Positions 56,472 to 64,000 of a stretch of DNA of 64,000 nt are shown piece after piece. The notes under the pieces were generated by a model. That model had not been told where the DNA came from, did no database searches, and saw nothing but the letters and a program-made list of their open reading frames with translations. The first letter of the stretch is position 1. Each line of letters opens with the position of its first letter. This DNA comes from Chloroflexota bacterium. GTDB taxonomy: Bacteria > Chloroflexota > UBA11872 > VXOZ01. The translations under genes were made by a program, and so were the position numbers. The stretch is from positions 2,272,001 through 2,336,000 of the forward strand of contig OZ244922.1 in assembly GCA_965221905.1 (NCBI GenBank), read 5' to 3'.

Positions 56472-58742
56472 ATGGGGAAACTGAGAAACTTACTACACAG
56501 GGCCGGATCAAGTATCGGTATCGTCGTTTTGCTCGTAGGAATCATACTTCTGGCGTCGTGCGGCGATGGCGGCGAGGATGAAATAACACCTACAGCAATC
56601 CCTCCCTCACCTATACCAACCGAGGTTCCAAAGCCTACCCCTGCTCCGTTCCCCACCGTCCAGCCCAACTTGCCTTGTTTCACCGATGTTGGTGCTGCAT
56701 TTAGAACGACTCCTCTCGCCAGCCCAACCCCAGAGGTGATACGGGTTCAAATGCTCGAGCGGCCCTACCGTATCGTTCCGAGCAACATCGTTCTCAAGCA
56801 GGATCAGCCATATCAATTGATCATCCAAGCAGGCAATGAGTGGCATCAGTTTAGGGTGGACCTCCTTGGCCTGGACATTGTTCTTCCGCCAGGCGGCGAA
56901 GCCATTATTGACTTGCGGCCGCAACGACTTGGCGTCTTTCGGCTAAAGGATGAACGCAAGATTCCTGAGAGCCATCTGCTGAGCACAATCACCGTAATTC
57001 CAGCCAACATGTCGATCGACTCGTGGAGCAACTCTTGTGTAAGCCTTCAGGTACCTTCCCCACCGCCTGGCGCAATGCTAAGTACTCCGTTTGTAATTGA
57101 GGGTTCGATTAGTCCGGCCGACCTGGCAGTATTTGGCGGCCCCCTTCACGTAACGCGTATTGAAGCCTGGAGCAACGGGGAGCAAGTGGGCAGAGCGACG
57201 GAAGAAGAGATAGAGTTTCGGGGACAACATAGCGATTTCTTCATCACTGTGCCATTCTTGCCCCCAGGTGAGCACTCTGTAGTGCTCTACGCATATCTTC
57301 AGAATGGCATGCTAGTAGCAACTGCATCCCTGCCGCTTTCTATACTTCCTGAGTCGCCGTCTTCCACGTCGGATCAGGCATTGCGGGGAAGTATCGACCA
57401 CCCAGCAGACAGCTCCCTGCTTGACTTACCGGTTACAATTCGCGGATGGGCTGCCATTGTTGGGGGCAGTGACGGAACGGGCGTGGGTACAGTGGAAATA
57501 TGGGACGGTCCTCGGGAGAGCGGGCGCCTACTCACTGAGGCTGTCTACGGCACGTATCGTCCTGACGTCGCACAAGTACTTGGCGATCCTCGCTTTGCCT
57601 CCAGCGGCTGGTTCGCCCGCCTCACCGACCTCACGGTCGGCCCCTTAGACCTCCATCTCTACGTCCGCGACCGGAAAACGGGTGCGTACGTTGCGCCATT
57701 CGAAAGCGAGGAGACTCCAACACGCCAGTTCACGCTGGCCGAAGGGAAAGTAGCCGAAGCATCATGGCCCGTGGCCTTGGCTGCCGCGCCGGACGGCAGA
57801 CTCTTCTATGCCGAACTCCTCACTGGCCGCATTCGCGTTGTGCAAGACGGGCAGGTTGCACCAGAGCCCTTTGCCGCTTTCAATGACGTCTCAACGCACA
57901 GCGAATCCGGATTCCTCGGTCTCGCCCTTCACCCCGACTTCGCGAACAACCCCTATGTTTACGCCATGTATGTAGTTGACAATCCAAAAACGGGCTTGCC
58001 GTTAATGCAAAGGGTCGTCCGCTTCCGCGACGCAAATGGAGTCGGTCAGGACTACACCGTGGTTCTCGATAACCTCCCGGCAACGTTGGGCGCATCTCAC
58101 AATGGGGGGCGAATTGCCTTTGGCCCGGATGGCAAACTCTACGTTACCATTGGTGACATTTTTGTCTCCGAGTCATCTCAGGACCTTACAAGCCTGGCAG
58201 GCTCCATCCTTCGATACAACCCCGACGGCAGTGTGCCGGATGATAACCCGCTGCCCGGCTCTCCCATCTATGCCTACGGCTTGCGCAACCCCTTTGGAAT
58301 CGCCTTCCAACCGGAGACCGGTGCCCTCTACGCCACAGATAACGGTCCGGGAGGCTTTGATGAAGTAAACAGGATCGAAGCGGGTCACAACTACGGCTGG
58401 CCTGTTCACATGGGGGTCGCCAATGCAGAGGGATTCAGCGATCCCATCGCCGTCTTTGGGGAATATCGAAAGTCCCCGACGTATGGCCCCACCGGTGCTG
58501 CGTTTCCGCTCAATCGACCGGACCTCTTACTGTTCTGTGCCTATCACGTTCCTGCACTCCACGCCCTTGAGTTGAGTGGCCCCGATTACACCACGGTGGA
58601 ACGCCAAATGGTCCTGTCAAAGAACTGCATTCTAGACGTAACTGCCAGCGACGATGGATGGATATATTACAGCACGACTTCCGCAATCTATCGTGCGCGG
58701 ATCGACGATCTCTTGCGGCTGTTCGAAGAAAATCCCACATAA
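56472..58742 (+). CDS. Lipoprotein: cupredoxin-like + Ig-like domains + PQQ-dependent sugar dehydrogenase (GSDH) beta-propeller
   Basis: Lipobox LLASC; GSDH motifs ESGFLGLALHPDF, HNGGRIAFGPDGKLYVTIGD, GSILR...DGS.P.DNP, YAYGLRNPFG, DEVN...G.NYGWP. Confidence 0.85.
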   Translation: MGKLRNLLHRAGSSIGIVVLLVGIILLASCGDGGEDEITPTAIPPSPIPTEVPKPTPAPFPTVQPNLPCFTDVGAAFRTTPLASPTPEVIRVQMLERPYRIVPSNIVLKQDQPYQLIIQAGNEWHQFRVDLLGLDIVLPPGGEAIIDLRPQRLGVFRLKDERKIPESHLLSTITVIPANMSIDSWSNSCVSLQVPSPPPGAMLSTPFVIEGSISPADLAVFGGPLHVTRIEAWSNGEQVGRATEEEIEFRGQHSDFFITVPFLPPGEHSVVLYAYLQNGMLVATASLPLSILPESPSSTSDQALRGSIDHPADSSLLDLPVTIRGWAAIVGGSDGTGVGTVEIWDGPRESGRLLTEAVYGTYRPDVAQVLGDPRFASSGWFARLTDLTVGPLDLHLYVRDRKTGAYVAPFESEETPTRQFTLAEGKVAEASWPVALAAAPDGRLFYAELLTGRIRVVQDGQVAPEPFAAFNDVSTHSESGFLGLALHPDFANNPYVYAMYVVDNPKTGLPLMQRVVRFRDANGVGQDYTVVLDNLPATLGASHNGGRIAFGPDGKLYVTIGDIFVSESSQDLTSLAGSILRYNPDGSVPDDNPLPGSPIYAYGLRNPFGIAFQPETGALYATDNGPGGFDEVNRIEAGHNYGWPVHMGVANAEGFSDPIAVFGEYRKSPTYGPTGAAFPLNRPDLLLFCAYHVPALHALELSGPDYTTVERQMVLSKNCILDVTASDDGWIYYSTTSAIYRARIDDLLRLFEENPT

Positions 58743-59030
58743 GCAAGGGTGCCGCACAGTGATGGGATTCCTTTGTGGACTGGGTTCACATTCAGGCTCC
58801 CGCAGCGAAACTGCGAAAGAGGAAACTACATTCCTTAACACTGGATACTGGTAATCCCCTGTGGACGACAAGGTCAAAGAAACTCTTGTCGTGCTTCTAT
58901 TCAATAGGTACCTGTGGTGTAACAGAAGATGAATCGCTTAGAGTGCAAGGATAGTTAGACACTTTGCCCTAGAGAAGAACCAAGCGAAAGAGTTTGAAAG
59001 AGTCTAAAGAGGCAAGGAGACCTTCATTCA

Positions 59031-61304
59031 GTGCCATTCATGGAACACGACAACTCTTCCAGGTTGATTGGATCGGCCGCTAGCCTGCTCATCATGGTTG
59101 TTTTCGGACTGGTACTGTCGGTGTCATGCGGCAGTATCAGAGAGAGGCTTCAATCATCCAACAGTACAGCTGCTTCGCAACCACCCGATAACGCGCCTCA
59201 AGCTATCCAGCCCTCACCGGAAGCCCTACAGCAACTCATTCCGTGCCACATTGATCTTGCTACAGCTCAAAGGCCCCGCCCGGCTGCAGAACCAACGCCA
59301 GAGGTCATTCGAATCCAAGTGCTGGAGCATCCCCATCGCATGATCCCCAGTAACATTGTGTTGAGGCAGAATCGGTGGTACAAGCTCTACATCACGGCTG
59401 GAAATGAGTGGCACTCCTTTAGAATTAAAGGAATGGGCGCGATGGTGAACTATGAGATACCACCGGGTGGAGAAAAGGGGCCGCTAGTCCATACCACCAA
59501 CATTGGTGTTTTCGAAATGGAGGACATTCGCCACTATCGATTCCTTCAGGGGAGAAATACAGTTACAGTAGTTCCTGAAGGTGCAACCATCTCCACGTGG
59601 AATTCCTCAACGTGCGGTAGATTTCACATCCATTCGCCAACACCCGACGCGAGTGTGAACTCCCCGTTCATCATTCATGGATCAGTCATGCTACCAAGAG
59701 ACATTAATCTAGTCGTTACACGTATTGAGGCCTGGATCAATGGCGAGCAGGTAGGCCTAACTACCGAAAAGCAGGTTTTTTCCGACCCTATTGAAAGCGA
59801 GTTCTTCCTTTCCATTCCAAACCTGCCCAATGGAACGCATTCTCTACTTATCGTGGCCTATCTCCAAAACGGTACTGTCGCAGCTACAGCAACTATGCCG
59901 ATCGTCATTCTCCCCGAAACCAAGAGTCTTGGTTTCAATCTGGGATACCAAGGTAACATTGACCTCCCCCTCGGCCAGGGCATCCATAGCCTTCCTGTGT
60001 CCATTCAAGGCTGGGCTGCCATCCCAGGCAGCGACAAGGGCACCGGTGTCGGCACTGTTGAAATCTGGAACGGCCCGCGAGAAAGCGGTCAATTCCTCAC
60101 CGAGGCAGTCTACGGCACCTATCGTTCAGATGTCGCCGAGGCACTCGGCGATCCTCGCTTCGCTAGCAGCGGCTTCACAGCTCAACTCTCCAATCTCCCT
60201 GCCGGACCCGTGGATATTCACGTCTACGTTCGCGATCGCAAGTCCGGTGATTATGTTTCGCCACGCCCTCGGCAATCGCCACTGTCTCGCCGTATCTATC
60301 TTGCAGAAGGCAAAGTGGTCGACGCCGCGTGGCCGGTCGCCTTGGCGCCCGCTCCAGACGGCAGGCTCTTCTTCGCCGAACTTCACACCGGCAACATTCG
60401 CATTGTGCAAGAGGGTAAACTTCAGTCCGAACCTTTCGCCACTATAGAGAACGTCTCAACTTCCGGAGAATCCGGCTTCCTCGGCCTCGCTCTTCATCCA
60501 AACTTCCCTCGAGAACCCTATGTCTACGCCATGTATGTCGTGGACAATCCGGACACCGGTTTCCCCCTCATGCAGAAGGTCGTCCGCTACCGCGATGACG
60601 AGGGCACCGGCCGGGATCCCACCGTGATCCTCGATAACCTCCCCGCCGCGACAATTTACTATCACAACGGCGGGCGTATTGCATTCGGCCTCGATGGGAA
60701 ACTCTATCTTTCAATTGGCGATACTGATGTGCCGGAGCTTGCCCAAGACCCCAAGAAGCTGGAAGGATCGATCCTCCGCTACAATCCCGATGGCTCCATT
60801 CCCAATGACAACCCCTTTCCAGGTTCGCCCGTATTTGCCATCGGACTGCGCAATGTCTTCGGGCTCGCCTTCCAACCCGATACGGGCTCACTTTATGCTA
60901 CCGAGAATGGCCCTGGCGGCTTTGACGAGGTAAACAAGATCGAAGCCGGCCGCAACTATGGCTGGCCTACTCAGATGGGTGAAAGCGAAACAGAGGGCTT
61001 TGTTGACCCAGTTGCAGTCTATGGCTTATGGCCGGAGGGCCCCATCGGACCAACCGGTGGCACTTTCACGACTGAACAGCCTGACTTGCTCCTATTCTGT
61101 GCCTACCATGGCTTCTTACTGCGTGCGCTGCAATTGAGCGGCCCAGATTTCACCACTGTCGAAAGCGAAAAGATACTGTCAAACAACTGCGCGCTCGATG
61201 TCACGTACAGCAGCGATGGCTGGATTTATTACAGCACACCATCAGCCATTTACCGCGCTCGGCTTGACGACCTCTTACTCCTCTACGAGCAAAATGCTCA
61301 ATGA
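59031..61304 (+). CDS. Paralogous lipoprotein with cupredoxin-like/Ig-like/GSDH architecture
   Basis: Lipobox SVSC; same domain order and motifs as 56472..58742; AAGGAG RBS. Confidence 0.85.
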   Translation: MPFMEHDNSSRLIGSAASLLIMVVFGLVLSVSCGSIRERLQSSNSTAASQPPDNAPQAIQPSPEALQQLIPCHIDLATAQRPRPAAEPTPEVIRIQVLEHPHRMIPSNIVLRQNRWYKLYITAGNEWHSFRIKGMGAMVNYEIPPGGEKGPLVHTTNIGVFEMEDIRHYRFLQGRNTVTVVPEGATISTWNSSTCGRFHIHSPTPDASVNSPFIIHGSVMLPRDINLVVTRIEAWINGEQVGLTTEKQVFSDPIESEFFLSIPNLPNGTHSLLIVAYLQNGTVAATATMPIVILPETKSLGFNLGYQGNIDLPLGQGIHSLPVSIQGWAAIPGSDKGTGVGTVEIWNGPRESGQFLTEAVYGTYRSDVAEALGDPRFASSGFTAQLSNLPAGPVDIHVYVRDRKSGDYVSPRPRQSPLSRRIYLAEGKVVDAAWPVALAPAPDGRLFFAELHTGNIRIVQEGKLQSEPFATIENVSTSGESGFLGLALHPNFPREPYVYAMYVVDNPDTGFPLMQKVVRYRDDEGTGRDPTVILDNLPAATIYYHNGGRIAFGLDGKLYLSIGDTDVPELAQDPKKLEGSILRYNPDGSIPNDNPFPGSPVFAIGLRNVFGLAFQPDTGSLYATENGPGGFDEVNKIEAGRNYGWPTQMGESETEGFVDPVAVYGLWPEGPIGPTGGTFTTEQPDLLLFCAYHGFLLRALQLSGPDFTTVESEKILSNNCALDVTYSSDGWIYYSTPSAIYRARLDDLLLLYEQNAQ

Positions 61305-61459
61305 GGGGTCGAAACAGTCCGTAGATGTGATGAGCAGTAGAGACAGACCACGCATGGGAAGGTAGCGCTAATCGACCGAGAGCGTGGGGTTGGAAGCGCT
61401 CATTGACGCTAGTTCATAAAGAAAATTGCGCCGACGCTCATCGTATCAATCTACCTAAG

Positions 61460-61504
61460 AAAACAAAAACCCAGGCGCGACGCTCCATTGCGCGCGACGC
61501 CTGG
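61460..61504 (-). terminator. Rho-independent terminator of the tRNA-Val/tRNA-Phe operon
   Basis: CCAGGCG...CGCCTGG stem followed on the minus strand by GTTTTTGTTTT. Confidence 0.65.
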
Positions 61505-61514
61505 ATTCACAGGG

Positions 61515-61587
61515 TGCCGAGAGCCGGAATCGAACCGGCGACACCAGGATTTTCAGTCCTGTGCTCTACCGACTGAGCTATCTCGGC
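61515..61587 (-). tRNA. tRNA-Phe(GAA)
   Basis: GCCGAGATAGCTCAGTCGGTAGAGCACAGGACTGAAAATCCTGGTGTCGCCGGTTCGATTCCGGCTCTCGGCA; CCA not encoded. Confidence 0.97.
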
Positions 61588-61597
61588 GATTGACGGG

Positions 61598-61671
61598 TGG
61601 GCGATGCAGGACTCGAACCTGCGGCCTCTACTTTGTAAGAGTAGCGCTCTAACCAGCTGAGCTAATCACCC
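61598..61671 (-). tRNA. tRNA-Val(TAC)
   Basis: GGGTGATTAGCTCAGCTGGTTAGAGCGCTACTCTTACAAAGTAGAGGCCGCAGGTTCGAGTCCTGCATCGCCCA. Confidence 0.96.
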
Positions 61672-61681
61672 ACGCAAACCG

Positions 61682-61710
61682 ATTCTATCACCGCCATGAA
61701 CTAGATTCAA
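61682..61710 (-). promoter_or_regulatory. Sigma70-type promoter for the tRNA pair
   Basis: TTGAAT-17 bp-TAGAAT with a TGn extension, 10 nt upstream of tRNA-Val(TAC). Confidence 0.6.
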
Positions 61711-62214
61711 CTACGCTTGTTGTCAAGCACATGAATGGCTTTGCAGGCGACCGCCTGAAGCGCATCTCATGGAAGAACAAAAGTCGTTTCACAATCGCTC
61801 ATAGGCTGTAGCGCAGGCAAGCGTTAGCTCATCCCCAATAGTTGATGAGGCCCTGCGTTCAAAAGCGACCTCACTTCATAAGCTCCCAAAAACACCTGCG
61901 ATTTCTCTTGTCGCGGTAACTGGAAAATAAAACAGATCATGCTTGTCAATTCATCTTTATATCTGCATAAGAAACCAAACGCATAGCGAGGATATTGAAC
62001 GCAAGAGAATGTCTTCTTGACGGCCCGCTTACCCTACGCTATCATAGGGAAAACCTGCCCCAGCAGCGTAGCGTGGAGCACAAGAAATGGGCTGTGAGGA
62101 ACTCCAGAGCGGAGTCCCTCATTTCATATTTAAGGGACGTACATAAACTGCAGCAGCCCCGCTAGCGCACTGACATCCTCCCAATTGATCCGTAACTCTC
62201 TGTGAGTGATTTAC

Positions 62215-64000
62215 ATGAGTTCGAAGAGCAAATCCGACCCCGCATTACTTGAATCGACGCCAAGACACAACGGTCTCTACCGCCCCGAGTTTGAATTTGA
62301 CTCATGTGGCGTGGGCCTCGTCGCCAGCATATCCGGCGTGCCGGAGCACGAGATTCTCCGGACGGCAATTGAGGCCGTTGTCGGTCTCAGTCATCGCGGC
62401 GCCGTTTCCGCAGACGGTAAAACTGGCGACGGTGCGGGGATTCTGACGCAGATCCCAGTGAAGCTGGTGCAGCGGGAACTTGCAGCAAAAAACATCATTC
62501 ATGTGGACCCCAATGATGTAGGCGTCGGCATGGTCTATCTCCCGCAGTCCGGCACCGCAACGAACGCGCAGGCCGTTGAGATTGTCAATAGTGTCCTTCA
62601 AGAGCAAGGACTCCGGCTACTCTTGTGGCGGCCCGTGCCGGTGAACATTGCTGCGCTTGGCGCAATTGCAGCGCAGAGTGCTCCCGACATTCAGCAGGTC
62701 ATGGTGCAGCGCCCCGATGGGATGGATGATCTTGCTTTCGAACGCGCCCTCTACGTGGCTAGAAGGGCTATCCAAGGTGCTGCCAGCCGTGCGGGGATAG
62801 CAGAGCTGTACCTGCCTTCGTTCTCTCATCGCACGGTTATTTACAAGGCACTGATCATTGCGGCACAACTTGCGGAATTCTACCTGGACTTGAAAGACCC
62901 GGACTTTGAGACCGCCCTTGCCTTGTTCCATCAGCGGTATAGCAGCAATACGTTTCCTACCTGGCAATTGGCACAGCCCTTCCGCATGCTTGCCCACAAT
63001 GGTGAGATCAATACCCTGTGGGGCAACCGCAATTGGACTCGGGCTCGTGAGCACAGCATGCTAGCCGCAGCCTGGGATGACCGTGTCGGGGCAGGAATTC
63101 CTTTTGTCGAACCGGAAGGAAGCGACTCGGCGTCGTTGGACAATCTTGCAGAATTAATCCACCTTTCCGGACGAGATATTCTCCACACGCTTGCGATGAT
63201 GGTGCCGGAGGCATGGGAGAATGACGAGGACATGGACACAGACCTCCGAGCTTTTCATGCCTACCATGCAGGTATTGCGGAACCGTGGGAAGGCCCGGCG
63301 GCCTTGACGTTCACCGATGGCCGAATTGCCGCTGCGTGTTTGGACCGCAACGGCCTGCGGCCCGCCCGCTACAAAGTCACCCGTTCCGGCATGGTGGTGG
63401 TCGCATCGGAAGCAAGCGCCTCGATCGTTCCCGATTCAGACGTAATCGAGAAAGGGCGGCTTGGCCCCGGCGAAATGCTGGCTGTTGATACGGTTAACCA
63501 TTGCCTTTTGACCGATAGCGACATCAAGGAGCGGCTGGCAAAAGGAGCGCCCTACCGCGCTTGGCTGAAGGAGTTCCGTGTACGGGCCAATTTGACTGCA
63601 CCGAAACTCGAGGACAGTCTTGGCTTTGACGAAGGTAGCCTGGGCACGTTGCACCGCATATTTGGATATGGCAATGAAGATTTGCGCATGGTGCTTGACC
63701 CCATGGGCAAAGAAGGCAAGGACCCGGTGTGGTCTATGGGCAACGACACTCCTTTGGCGGTGCTCTCATCCCAACCACGGTCATTTTTCAACTATTTCAA
63801 GCAGCGATTTGCGCAGGTAACGAATCCGCCGATTGATTCGCTTCGCGAATCGCTGGTCATGTCGCTGAGGAGCTATATAGGCGGCCGCGGCAACATACTT
63901 ACGGAGACACCCGAACACGCGCACCTCCTGGAGTATGACAGCCCTTTGCTGGACCACGGCCAATTCAGAGACCTGGTGCATCAGTTTGATTCCTCTTTCT
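62215..64000 (+). CDS. gltB: Glutamate synthase large subunit, 5' part (runs off the window)
   Basis: Manual translation shows GLYRPEFEFDSCGVG, HRGAVSADGKTGDGAGIL, HQRYSSNTFPTW.LAQPFR.LAHNGEINT, EPWEGPA, DRNGLRPARY, SMGNDTPLA, YFKQRFAQVTNPPID. Confidence 0.96.
   Translation, partial: MSSKSKSDPALLESTPRHNGLYRPEFEFDSCGVGLVASISGVPEHEILRTAIEAVVGLSHRGAVSADGKTGDGAGILTQIPVKLVQRELAAKNIIHVDPNDVGVGMVYLPQSGTATNAQAVEIVNSVLQEQGLRLLLWRPVPVNIAALGAIAAQSAPDIQQVMVQRPDGMDDLAFERALYVARRAIQGAASRAGIAELYLPSFSHRTVIYKALIIAAQLAEFYLDLKDPDFETALALFHQRYSSNTFPTWQLAQPFRMLAHNGEINTLWGNRNWTRAREHSMLAAAWDDRVGAGIPFVEPEGSDSASLDNLAELIHLSGRDILHTLAMMVPEAWENDEDMDTDLRAFHAYHAGIAEPWEGPAALTFTDGRIAAACLDRNGLRPARYKVTRSGMVVVASEASASIVPDSDVIEKGRLGPGEMLAVDTVNHCLLTDSDIKERLAKGAPYRAWLKEFRVRANLTAPKLEDSLGFDEGSLGTLHRIFGYGNEDLRMVLDPMGKEGKDPVWSMGNDTPLAVLSSQPRSFFNYFKQRFAQVTNPPIDSLRESLVMSLRSYIGGRGNILTETPEHAHLLEYDSPLLDHGQFRDLVHQFDSSF

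Noticed and set aside
1-64000. Genome-wide TAG or TGA reassignment
   Set aside because: Many well-defined genes end at TAG or TGA at their expected C-termini; only TGA 49226 has a recoding context.

Overview
GC-rich bacterial chromosome segment. Gene content (archaeal-type mre11-rad50-nurA operon, Calx-beta/FN3 giant protein, GAF-PAS-HK-REC-wHTH hybrids) suggests Chloroflexota, possibly host-associated; this is inference only. Layout: (i) 1-9.5 kb core-like genes: start of a MetE-like gene, an enolase-superfamily dehydratase, an amidohydrolase, then sbcD/mre11-sbcC/rad50-nurA-HAS-barrel with no herA. (ii) About 9.6-26.1 kb is an accessory block ending at the 3' end of tRNA-Val(GAC): exonuclease-RecQ-UvrD fusion broken by one TAG, orphan histidine kinase, Pro/Thr-rich membrane protein, PLD-nuclease/P-loop protein, purC, HAD, PhyH and gene relics. 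(iii) About 26.2-48.7 kb lies between the intact tRNA-Val and a decayed copy of the same tRNA plus its promoter. It carries an HTH-membrane protein, a fully fused sensor kinase/OmpR-type regulator, a ~4790-codon adhesin-like gene broken by one TAG, and a pseudogenised paralog of the kinase-regulator. (iv) 49-64 kb: a selenoprotein candidate (WASW-U-GC thioredoxin fold plus TPR) missed by the ORF track, a GAF/HD-GYP protein, MFS, DegT aminotransferase, glycogen debranching enzyme, two paralogous PQQ-dehydrogenase-like lipoproteins, tRNA-Phe, tRNA-Val(TAC) and the start of gltB. No CRISPR array or intact integrase was seen. All family calls rest on motif recognition by eye; no database searches were run.
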